A DNA stretch of 48,293 bases, taken from the NCBI GenBank assembly GCA_964390385.1, contig CAYMJH010000003.1, positions 1 to 48,293 on the forward strand. Reading direction: 5' to 3'. Below the pieces are notes generated by a model. The model was given only the letters and a program-made list of their open reading frames with translations, ran no database searches and was not told where the DNA came from. The stretch is from an uncultured Bacteroidales bacterium (GTDB lineage Bacteria > Bacteroidota > Bacteroidia > Bacteroidales > UBA10428). The position numbers and the translations under genes were made by a program. Below are positions 17,801 to 25,960 of the stretch, piece after piece. Every line of letters begins with the position of its first letter. Positions within the stretch are counted from its first letter, which is position 1.

Positions 17801-18863
17801 AATCATTTTCTTTACCTTTATTACGGATGTTAATAAATTGCTGCGAATGATGGTTTAACATATTTACACCTCCATTCCATGTGCCAATCCATAAATTATT
17901 GTTCTTGTCAGTGAAAAGAGAAAGAATTTTATTGATGTTCAGTGTATTGGAGTTGGTTGGAATATTTTTAAAATGTTCAATTTCTACCAGTTTGTTTTTG
18001 AATTTCAACGCGTATAAACCATCTTCCTGTGTGCCTGCCCAAATGGTGCCCGATTTATCTTTGCTGATAGCACGGATAATATTATTCGAAAGCGTAGTTT
18101 CCTCTGGTTTATTTATATAAATACTGTTCTTTTTTGTTCTCAGGTCAACAAGGTTTAATCCATCTTCGGTTCCTATAAACAGGGAATCACCGAAAGCTTT
18201 AATCGCCCAAATATTTTGAGAAGACAGCGGAATAGAAGAGTGGTTTACAGCTTGTCCGGAAACAGCTTTTTCTGATATTGAGAATAACCCTTTGTTTCTT
18301 GTGCCAATCCAGATTTGCTTGTCGGCAGAACAAATTGCATAGATTTCGCTGTTTTCCACTCCTGAATATTTATTGCACTGAACAGGATTGTTTTTCGTCC
18401 AGTTGTCAAACATCTTCTTATCAACAGAAAGCAATCCTTCATTAAATGTGCCTATCCAGATTCTTCCAATACCATCATCATGAAATGTTAATATCTTTGG
18501 ATCGAGAATGTATGATTCATGCTCAAGATCAACCTTTTCAATTTTTTTCAATTCTTTTTCGTATAGGAAAAGTCCTTTATCAAGTGTGCCTATAAGAATT
18601 TTGCCGAAAGAAATTTCGGTAATAGCCCAGACTCTGAGTCCAAAACCAGGAGTATTGGTCCAGTCATATGATTTTATGGTATTCCCATCGTATATATTTA
18701 ATCCGTTGGCTGTGAAATAGAGAAATCCTTCATTATCCTGCCAAATACAGTTAACAATATCAAGAGAAAGTCCCTCTTCTGTTGTAATTTTTTTGAATTC
18801 ATATTCTGCCAAAACAGATATGGAACATAAAAGGCCCACGAAAAACAATATCAACTTTCTCAT
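14820..18863 (-). CDS. Hybrid two-component system (HTCS) sensor kinase/response regulator with AraC-type HTH
   Basis: A 1347-aa protein. It has a signal peptide and many Reg_prop-type beta-propeller repeats (..IW.GT..GL..). One TM segment (WAYFGYLIVTVLLGYLILKFI) is followed by an H-box (NISHEIRTPLTLILGPLE), an ATPase G-box (GSGIGLFLVKKMVEEHQG), a receiver domain (LLIIDDNEDIR...DIMMPEMDGLEF) and a C-terminal AraC HTH (GFSNPSHFTKCFKQQFGVSPTEY). Confidence 0.95.
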   Translation of the reverse strand: MRKLILFFVGLLCSISVLAEYEFKKITTEEGLSLDIVNCIWQDNEGFLYFTANGLNIYDGNTIKSYDWTNTPGFGLRVWAITEISFGKILIGTLDKGLFLYEKELKKIEKVDLEHESYILDPKILTFHDDGIGRIWIGTFNEGLLSVDKKMFDNWTKNNPVQCNKYSGVENSEIYAICSADKQIWIGTRNKGLFSISEKAVSGQAVNHSSIPLSSQNIWAIKAFGDSLFIGTEDGLNLVDLRTKKNSIYINKPEETTLSNNIIRAISKDKSGTIWAGTQEDGLYALKFKNKLVEIEHFKNIPTNSNTLNINKILSLFTDKNNNLWIGTWNGGVNMLNHHSQQFINIRNKGKENDLSANMVWCITKQEPGKYWLGTNGSGICLFEKDKSIFSEEIMRKTENSVSSLYFDKTKNLLWEGTWGNGLKVYSIPERKPIFKTELDKSLFNNDRILTITKDEHGIVWIGSVTHGLFSINLNDNKQAIKYFSEFKEYSKSNAISDAEIRSIIPDKNNTLWVGSFIAGLFKVITDNNGNILEVIPISIIKNKQDELTHIRSIYLDSKQNLWIGLENGSIVLYDTQSDSSIIVSQVKNRIGVSITEDNLGNIWIAHYNGLTMYNIKSGIARDFLNETCFYTINFDKSTNQIIAGSNKGVFSFTPSELKDDPFYPQIIYSELKIFNKPVNPGDQIKGRLFLNKAINYIDTLILPFTHNIFSINITALSFNSQDKNLIYYQLENFEKSWNQQIGSAMSANYSNLSPGEYMLKVKTANADNVWNPIVRKLTIIILPPWWRTNWAYFGYLIVTVLLGYLILKFIRERIRIIHDLKIERIKKEQNDELNELKLTFFTNISHEIRTPLTLILGPLEDILEKEEPKSQIYHQLKLIQKNARILYELINEILDFRKIEKGKSVLKVTRIKLNEFMLQVIEQFEEQARQKNISIQFIIKNQNIELWADFDMLRKIIFNLLSNAIKFSPVNSDVQVSIESNDNSVFVKIKDNETGISPKDLPYIFDRFFQSNKNKVKGGSGIGLFLVKKMVEEHQGTIHVVSAPGKGSEFTVEFKKGNEHFKIDELYSEIQELTEFETPENINDIVPSSVKHKSTLLIIDDNEDIRLYLKNSFSKNFNIYDFNNAPDGLAFTQKNDVSLIICDIMMPEMDGLEFCEKIKSDLKTSHIPVILLTAKAATETKIEGYEKGADDYITKPFSIKLVQTRVKNLIEQRENLKKEVNALNLEPSKISPTSLDEKFIGKTIAFIEQNISNHEYSIEELCHSMGISHDNFYRKIKNLTNMSATQFMRTIRLKRAAQMLENCDNTISEILFEVGFSNPSHFTKCFKQQFGVSPTEYQIKHQQNKM

Positions 18864-19125
18864 AATTCAGATGCTATCTATTTTCATATTCACAATGTTT
18901 TAAATGCTCAATTTACCCATATAAATTCATAAGTTTAAACTTTCCCCGAAAAATGAATACAATATTCCGATTTTGTTATAGTCTGCCCGAAAATTGACCA
19001 TCAAATAATTAATATGTGATAATGGATTGTCTGCATCAGACTTAAATTGCACTTGTTATAATTTTTTAATAATGTTTAAAGATTGTAATAATTGAACCAT
19101 GAAAAAATCACTAAAAATTTGAACT

Positions 19126-22100
19126 ATGAGAAAATCTTTTAAAAGAGGAACACTAATCTTAATTCTATTCCTGTTTGCAGGGATGAATTTGATTTATGCT
19201 CAGGGAAAAAATGTAACCGGAAAAATTACGGATGAGAACAACTCCCCGTTGCCTGGTGTAAGTGTGGTTATTAAAGGTACCACAACGGGAACAGTAACAA
19301 ATGCCGATGGAAATTTCAACATTAACGTAAATGAGGACGCAGTCCTATCTTTTTCCTTCGTTGGAATGAAACCCCAGGAAATCAGTGTAGCACGAAAATC
19401 GGTCATCAATGTTATGCTTGAGCAGGAAACCGTTGGCATCGGTGAAATTGTTGCCATTGGTTATGGTACACAGAAAAAAAACGCAGTTACAGGATCAGTA
19501 GCTGTAGCAAAATTGGATGTTTACAGAGATGTTCCTGTAAACAACATACTGGAATCCGTTAAAGGTACAATTGCCGGTTTAAATGTTGGAGCAACCAATA
19601 TTGCCGGCGCCGAGGCTGGAATTTCCATTCGTGGGCAAAACTCACCAACTGCTGGAACTTCTCCCCTTATTGTTGTTGACGGAGCTATTTTCAGAGGTAC
19701 CGTCTCTGACATTGCCCCCAGCGACATTGAAAACTTTACGGTACTGAAAGATGCAAGCGCTGCAGCTGTTTATGGCTCCAGATCAGCCAACGGCGTTATC
19801 CTGATTGAGACAAAAAAAGGTACAGGGATAAGCGGTAAGCCCAAATTTGAGGTGATAACAAGTTATGGAATAAGCAATGAACTGGAACCTTTGAAAATTT
19901 ACGATGGACCGGGTTATATTCAACGACTACTTGAAATTCGTGCAGACAACGGACTGGAGGCTGACCCTGCCAAAGTGTCCCAATATTTGCAATTAGAGGA
20001 ACAAAAAAATTACGAAGCGACAACGGATCATAAACCAACATTAGAGGATCCTTACGGATTGTTCAGTCAAATGGGAAATTCCTTTAATTCAACGGTTAGC
20101 GTTTCGAACAGTACCGAAAAAACAAGTTATTATATTTCAGGAAATCTGATCAAGCAAAATGGAGTTATTATTAATGATGAGTTTAAACATTTTTCCGGAA
20201 GGGTAAATATATCAAGCAATCTTACAGACTGGTTTACCTTGGGAATCAAAAGCTATTACAGTCTACGGGATTATTCAGGTTCAACAATATATGGAAATGG
20301 CACTTCTACCAGCGGTAGTAGTCCAACTCAATTTAGTCCTTATGCAACTTTAAAAGATGCTGATGGAAAATATTTGCAGTTTCCTCAAACTACCACCTCT
20401 TTTAATAACCCTTTCTGGCAAATAGCAACAGATGATGTTGATTTAAGGAATAATTTAAATGGAATTGTTTCGGCAGTGGTAAAGGTGCCATGGGTAAAAG
20501 GTCTCTCGTATAATTTAAATTGGTCTCACACACTGAACTGGAACGAAAGGAATTATTTTAACGATAAAAATACACTTGATGGAATATCTAAAAATGGCAT
20601 GGGAAGCCGTGCATACAGCCGTTCGTACACTTCGCTTCTTGATAATCTGATCAAATACAACAATACTTTTAACGAAAAGCACAATGTAGATGTAACATTG
20701 CTTTATTCAACTGAACAGTACGTATACGAAAGTGTTTCAGCTTATGCAGAAGGATTTGATAGTGACCTGGGCACTTATAAATTAGAAAACGGAAAAATCC
20801 AGACGGTTGATACGGGTGGCGGTGAAACACAAGGAATCGGTAAAATGGCAAGGGCGACCTATACATTCGATAATAAATACTCCCTGACAGGAACAGTAAG
20901 GCAGGACGGTTATTCTGCGTTCAGTAAAAATAAAAAATGGGGAACATTTCCTTCTGTTGGAGTTAACTGGAATATCTCGAGGGAGAGTTTTATGAATAAC
21001 GTCGGGACTATCAATAATCTGGCATTACGTGCTTCCTACGGAGCAAACGGAAATCAGTCTATTTCCCAATACAGTACACTTGCAAAGATGGCAAGCAGCA
21101 AATATCTTTTTTATGGCGATCCTTCTTATTCATTTACACAGTATGTTTCAACATTATCGAATGATGATCTGGGTTGGGAATCCACTACGGGTTTAAATCT
21201 TGGAATAGATTTTTCGATCCTGGACAAAAGGTTGAGTGGTTCAATTGATGGTTATAAAACAAAGACCAATGATCTCATGTTTACTCTACCATTACCAGCA
21301 GCTTCGGGGAAAAGCAGCATTACATCCAATATAGGTGAAATACAAAACCGGGGGCTTGAATTGAATTTAAGTTCTAAAAATATTGATAAAGCAGATTTTA
21401 AATGGAATTCGGAATTTGCCTTCTCCATAAACCGTAATAAAGTAGTAACCATTTTGGGAGAAGATAAGGACGGCGATGGAAAAGAAGATGACCTCATTTC
21501 AGCAGGATATTTTATAGGAAAATCATTGGGAACAATTTATACCTATAAAGTTATTGGGATGTGGCAACAGGAAGATGTGGATAACGGTACCATTATGACA
21601 GGAATGAAACCTGGAACCTATAAGTTGGAAGATTTACCTGATGCAGATGGAAATGTTGACGGGAAGATAACCTCCGATTTGGACCGACAGTTCCTGGGCA
21701 ACTCAAAAGAAAATTTCCGTTGGAGTTTTACCAATACTTTTAAATATAAAGATCTCTCGCTGTTGGTCTATTTATATTCAATCTGGGGTGGAAACGATTA
21801 CTTTTTATCTGGAGGCAACACCCCATATAATGATGGTTATGCCAACAGGGGAGACTTAAACCATCCCATTTATGATTACTGGACGCCAGATAATACCGAT
21901 GCCATGTTCCCTCGTCCAAATTATGCAAGCGTACCATACCGTGGGGTCAAGTATTTTGACCGTAGTTTCATAAAGCTGCAGAAAATGGCGGTGACGTATG
22001 ATTTTACTAAATTGGTAAAACCATGGGGAATAAATGGTTTGAATTGTACTTTGAGCGCTGACAACCTGTTTACTTATGCACCGCATTGGGTGGGACTTGA

Positions 22101-22182
22101 CCCTGAAACAAACCAGGGTCTTAACTCCAATGCAATACCCTCTATCCGGACTTATCTATTTTCCGTATCGTTAAACTTTTAA
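19126..22182 (+). CDS. SusC/RagA-family TonB-dependent outer-membrane transporter
   Basis: A 1018-aa protein with a signal peptide and a CarboxypepD_reg-like domain (GKITDENNSPLPGVSVVIKGTTTGTVTNADGNFNI). A plug region (IVAIGYGTQKK) is present and the terminal residue is F. A SusD gene follows directly. Confidence 0.95.
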   Translation: MRKSFKRGTLILILFLFAGMNLIYAQGKNVTGKITDENNSPLPGVSVVIKGTTTGTVTNADGNFNINVNEDAVLSFSFVGMKPQEISVARKSVINVMLEQETVGIGEIVAIGYGTQKKNAVTGSVAVAKLDVYRDVPVNNILESVKGTIAGLNVGATNIAGAEAGISIRGQNSPTAGTSPLIVVDGAIFRGTVSDIAPSDIENFTVLKDASAAAVYGSRSANGVILIETKKGTGISGKPKFEVITSYGISNELEPLKIYDGPGYIQRLLEIRADNGLEADPAKVSQYLQLEEQKNYEATTDHKPTLEDPYGLFSQMGNSFNSTVSVSNSTEKTSYYISGNLIKQNGVIINDEFKHFSGRVNISSNLTDWFTLGIKSYYSLRDYSGSTIYGNGTSTSGSSPTQFSPYATLKDADGKYLQFPQTTTSFNNPFWQIATDDVDLRNNLNGIVSAVVKVPWVKGLSYNLNWSHTLNWNERNYFNDKNTLDGISKNGMGSRAYSRSYTSLLDNLIKYNNTFNEKHNVDVTLLYSTEQYVYESVSAYAEGFDSDLGTYKLENGKIQTVDTGGGETQGIGKMARATYTFDNKYSLTGTVRQDGYSAFSKNKKWGTFPSVGVNWNISRESFMNNVGTINNLALRASYGANGNQSISQYSTLAKMASSKYLFYGDPSYSFTQYVSTLSNDDLGWESTTGLNLGIDFSILDKRLSGSIDGYKTKTNDLMFTLPLPAASGKSSITSNIGEIQNRGLELNLSSKNIDKADFKWNSEFAFSINRNKVVTILGEDKDGDGKEDDLISAGYFIGKSLGTIYTYKVIGMWQQEDVDNGTIMTGMKPGTYKLEDLPDADGNVDGKITSDLDRQFLGNSKENFRWSFTNTFKYKDLSLLVYLYSIWGGNDYFLSGGNTPYNDGYANRGDLNHPIYDYWTPDNTDAMFPRPNYASVPYRGVKYFDRSFIKLQKMAVTYDFTKLVKPWGINGLNCTLSADNLFTYAPHWVGLDPETNQGLNSNAIPSIRTYLFSVSLNF

Positions 22183-22193
22183 TAATTAGCACA

Positions 22194-23906
22194 ATGAAAA
22201 AAATATTCTATATAATCTTTTTTCTTACTGTTTTTATCGCCTTTTCTTGCGACGAAAACTTGACTGAAATACCAAAGGATTTTGCAAGCCCTGAAAATTC
22301 CTTTACCAATAAAGCAGGCTTCGATGCAGCTCTGGCCAATATTTATCTAAATATTCGAACACAAATGTATGTAGGTAATGGAGATAGTTGGAACAGCTTC
22401 GATATGTTAGGACCTGATGTTGACCTTGGTGATCTGAAAGTAAACAATACTACCTATGATGAGGGTATGTTTTGGAATACGTTGAATTTCGACAGTGGGT
22501 ATGCCTCAAAATGGTGGTCTCGCTTTTACAATTGGATATTTCAGGCTAATACCATCATAGGAAGGGCAGAAGAACCTGCTGTTAAATGGGTTTCAGAAGC
22601 CGAGAGAAATGCAATTATTGGTGAGGCAAAATTCCTGCGTGCTTTTGCCTATCACTTTCTGGCCAACATGTACGGTGGTGTTCCACTCGTACTTGAAGAA
22701 ACCAAAGGGGCTAAGTTTGATTATGTAAGAGCAACCCAGGATGAAGTCTATCTTCAATGCAAAAGCGATCTCGAGTTTGCTATCCAAAATATGCCAACAA
22801 TAGATGCTGTAAAAGGAGGAAAAGCTTCAAAGGAAGCAGCTAACCATTTGTTAAGTGAGATAAAAATCTGTTTGAAAGATTATCAGGGAGCTATTGATGC
22901 TGCAACAGCTGTCATCGGTAGTTCGAACATGAGCCTGATGACCAACCGTTTCGGTGCCTGGAAGAATTTTACTTTTAACGGATACGATTACAAGGGGCCA
23001 TATATGCCTTGGGGGGATGTATATTTCGATTTGTTCCAGGACGGAAATTTTAATTGGAAAGAGGGAAACAAGGAGTGTATCTGGAATATTCAACAGGATT
23101 TGAAAATTCTGGGTGGAGGAAATGATGTAAATACAGCAGGTGGTTTATTTGGTATGGAAAGATGGTGGGGACCAGTATCATGGAATCTTAAGGACACAAA
23201 GGGGGTAACAAATTTTCTGAAGGATACGCTAATCGGAAGGCCTGTTGGAAAAATAATCGTTTCCGGTTATGCTGATACCATTATTTGGAAATATAAAGGG
23301 GACTGGAGCAAAGATATACGTAATTCAGAATATAATATTCAGAGAACTTTTTATTGGGTAAATCCGGCCAGCACTTATTATGGAATGCCGATTACTGCTG
23401 CAAACATGGGTACGCCAACCACTTCAACTACCAGTCTTTCTCCCCATTATAAAAAATTTGTTTCTGCCGTTCATTACCACCAGTTTCAGGATGCAACAAG
23501 TAAACAATGGCACGATAACGGACGAACTTACAAAGATTGGTATATTATGAGACTTGCTGAAACATATTTATTAAGGGCTGAGGCCTATCTTCTGAAAGGT
23601 GATAAGCAAAAAGCTGCCGATGATATCAATATGATCAGAAACAGGGCAAAAGCTACTCCGGTTACAGCGGGGGATGTAACAATTGACCTGATTCTGGACG
23701 AACGTGCCAGAGAGCTCTACGGTGAAGAATTCAGGGTAAATACCTTAATGAGAATGGGAAAATTAGTAGAGTACCTTAATAAATACAATGGTACAATTAA
23801 ATCAAAAGGACAAACCATTGACGATTACAAGAATAAATTACCCATTCCGCGTTCCGAGATTGAAGCCAATAAAGGGGCAGAACTGGAACAAAATCCAGGT
23901 TACTAG
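22194..23906 (+). CDS. SusD/RagB-family nutrient-binding outer-membrane lipoprotein
   Basis: A 570-aa protein with a lipoprotein signal ...IAFSCDENL, acidic after the Cys. It carries a RagB/SusD-type C-terminal region (YIMRLAETYLLRAEAYLLKGDKQKAADDINMIRNRA) and starts 11 nt after SusC. Confidence 0.92.
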   Translation: MKKIFYIIFFLTVFIAFSCDENLTEIPKDFASPENSFTNKAGFDAALANIYLNIRTQMYVGNGDSWNSFDMLGPDVDLGDLKVNNTTYDEGMFWNTLNFDSGYASKWWSRFYNWIFQANTIIGRAEEPAVKWVSEAERNAIIGEAKFLRAFAYHFLANMYGGVPLVLEETKGAKFDYVRATQDEVYLQCKSDLEFAIQNMPTIDAVKGGKASKEAANHLLSEIKICLKDYQGAIDAATAVIGSSNMSLMTNRFGAWKNFTFNGYDYKGPYMPWGDVYFDLFQDGNFNWKEGNKECIWNIQQDLKILGGGNDVNTAGGLFGMERWWGPVSWNLKDTKGVTNFLKDTLIGRPVGKIIVSGYADTIIWKYKGDWSKDIRNSEYNIQRTFYWVNPASTYYGMPITAANMGTPTTSTTSLSPHYKKFVSAVHYHQFQDATSKQWHDNGRTYKDWYIMRLAETYLLRAEAYLLKGDKQKAADDINMIRNRAKATPVTAGDVTIDLILDERARELYGEEFRVNTLMRMGKLVEYLNKYNGTIKSKGQTIDDYKNKLPIPRSEIEANKGAELEQNPGY

Positions 23907-23947
23907 CTGCAAATTTTTCCAATTGCATTTGGTAAGTTTTGTCTATT

Positions 23948-23976
23948 ATCAGGGAGGGAAAAAATCCCTCCCTGAT
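23948..23976 (+). terminator. Strong 12-bp hairpin (intra-operon terminator/attenuator) after susD
   Basis: ATCAGGGAGGGA (23948-23959) and TCCCTCCCTGAT (23965-23976) are perfect complements with an AAAAA loop. T-rich sequence TTCTATCTGCTTT follows. Confidence 0.6.
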
Positions 23977-24052
23977 TTCTATCTGCTTTGCAAATGGTCA
24001 ACTTATAAATCGTCTTTCCAAAATAAAAATCCAATTGATAAATACATACAAT

Positions 24053-25948
24053 ATGCATAAATTGACTTTGTTACCCATTATCTTTCTGATTTCGCTCAAT
24101 TATTCATGTACTAATAAAATTATTGAAATTGAGAGCCCATCATCATTGTTGAAGGCAGAAATTTCAGTAAATGATGCAGGTTTAAATCTCGAACTTTTTG
24201 ATCTGAACAATTCGGTTATAAATGTAAATTCTGGAAGCTTTGTTTTCGATAACGATGTGCTTGGGAATGGATACGAAATCAAGAATATCAAGAAAACGTC
24301 TGTAAATAATAGCTGGACGCCGGTTTATGGCGAAAAAAACAAAATCCAAAACATTTACAACGAGATTACAATATCTTTAACCGATAAGGATGCTTCAAAC
24401 AAAATCGTTCAGTTAATATGCAGGGCCTATGATGAAGGAATCGCGTTTCGTTACGCATTTGATAGCTTATCAACAAAGGACTTGATTATTAAAAAAGAGC
24501 TCACAAACTTTAATTTCGATGATGATTATTATGCCTGGGTAGCCAGCAATGCACAAGCTGAAATAAAAAAATCAAAAATCAGTAATATTATAACTGCCTG
24601 CGAAAGGCCGCTAGTTATTCAAAAAAATGATTCCATGTGGTTGGCTTTAGGCGAAGCTGCCCTGGTGGATTTTGCACGGATGAAATGGATTAAAAATTCC
24701 CTTGTGCCGAATAGTTTGCAGATAGAACTCAGTGGCGATATAAGTCTCAAAAAGGCCAACTATATTACCCCCTGGCGATTTATAATGGTTGCCGAAAGTC
24801 CTGCCAGATTGTTGGAGAATAACTACTTTGTGCTGAACCTCAACGAACCTAATCAACTGGAAGATTTTTCGTGGATTAAACCGGGGAAAGTAATTCGTGA
24901 AGTAACGCTGACTACCCAGGGTGCTTTGTCTTGTGTTGACTTTGCCGTCCGTCGCAATTTGCAATATGTTGAGTTTGATGCTGGCTGGTATGGCAATGAG
25001 TATGATGATTTGTCGGATGCGACTACCATTACTGTTGATCCGAAAAGATCGCCAGGTCCGCTTGATTTGCACAAAGCAATTGAATATGCTGAAGCGAAAG
25101 GAATAGGAATCATTTTATACGTAAACCAGAGGGCTTTGGAAAAACAACTGGATGAGCTATTGCCGTTGTATAAGTCGTGGGGAATAAAAGGTTTAAAGTA
25201 TGGCTTTGTGAATGTGGGGCCACAGGAATGGACATCGTGGCTGCATGATGCGGTGAGGAAAGCCGCCGGTTATCAGCTAATGGTTGATATACACGATGAA
25301 TACCGGCCCACAGGTTATTCACGCACCTTTCCCAACCTGATGACACAGGAAGGTATCCGCGGCGATGAGGAAAGTCCGTCGGTTGAGCAAACATTAAATA
25401 CGCTTTTCACCCGAATGATTGCCGGCGCCGGCGACAATACCAATTGTTATTTTGCTCCCCGCGTGTCAGAAACAATGGGCGGAAAAACAGCACAAATGGC
25501 GAAGTCAATCATGATTTATAGTCCGTGGCAGTTTATTTATTGGTACGACAGGCCAATGGAATCACCCTATAAAACAGGGGATGCGGGTGTTTCGCAGGGC
25601 AGAATTGAAGAAACAGATGATATTCGGTTTTATGACATGCTGCCAACTGTGTGGGACGACACAAAAGTTCTTGACGGTAAAATTGGCGAATATGCAACTA
25701 TTGCCCGTAAAAGTGGCGACAATTGGTTTGTTGGTTCGTTGGTAGCAAATGAAGACCTTTCTCTTGAAATTCCATTGTCATTTTTGGATGAAAATTCAAA
25801 TTATGAAGCCTTGATTTATTCTCAAAATAGTGAAGCCTTAAAAAATAACACAGTAAGTTTCGAAAAATTAAGTGTAAACAGGAAATCAATCTTATCAAAA
25901 CAACTGATTAAAAACTCTGGATTAGCGGTAATTTTAAGAAAAAATTAA
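24053..25948 (+). CDS. Glycoside hydrolase family 97 (alpha-glucosidase/alpha-galactosidase type), lipoprotein
   Basis: The listed ORF starts at a TTG (23939). The ATG at 24053 gives the signal MHKLTLLPIIFLISLNYSC. The GH97 catalytic region is recognisable: GIKGLKYGFVNVGPQEW...MVDIHDEYRPTGYSRTFPNLMTQEGIRGDEE. Confidence 0.88.
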   Translation: MHKLTLLPIIFLISLNYSCTNKIIEIESPSSLLKAEISVNDAGLNLELFDLNNSVINVNSGSFVFDNDVLGNGYEIKNIKKTSVNNSWTPVYGEKNKIQNIYNEITISLTDKDASNKIVQLICRAYDEGIAFRYAFDSLSTKDLIIKKELTNFNFDDDYYAWVASNAQAEIKKSKISNIITACERPLVIQKNDSMWLALGEAALVDFARMKWIKNSLVPNSLQIELSGDISLKKANYITPWRFIMVAESPARLLENNYFVLNLNEPNQLEDFSWIKPGKVIREVTLTTQGALSCVDFAVRRNLQYVEFDAGWYGNEYDDLSDATTITVDPKRSPGPLDLHKAIEYAEAKGIGIILYVNQRALEKQLDELLPLYKSWGIKGLKYGFVNVGPQEWTSWLHDAVRKAAGYQLMVDIHDEYRPTGYSRTFPNLMTQEGIRGDEESPSVEQTLNTLFTRMIAGAGDNTNCYFAPRVSETMGGKTAQMAKSIMIYSPWQFIYWYDRPMESPYKTGDAGVSQGRIEETDDIRFYDMLPTVWDDTKVLDGKIGEYATIARKSGDNWFVGSLVANEDLSLEIPLSFLDENSNYEALIYSQNSEALKNNTVSFEKLSVNRKSILSKQLIKNSGLAVILRKN

Positions 25949-25960
25949 AAATTATCACTT

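Noticed and set aside
19099-19122. A 7-codon mini-ORF (MKKSLKI-stop) just upstream of the susC start, considered as a possible leader peptide.
   Set aside because: It is too short and AT-rich to distinguish from chance, and I see no attenuator structure coupled to it.
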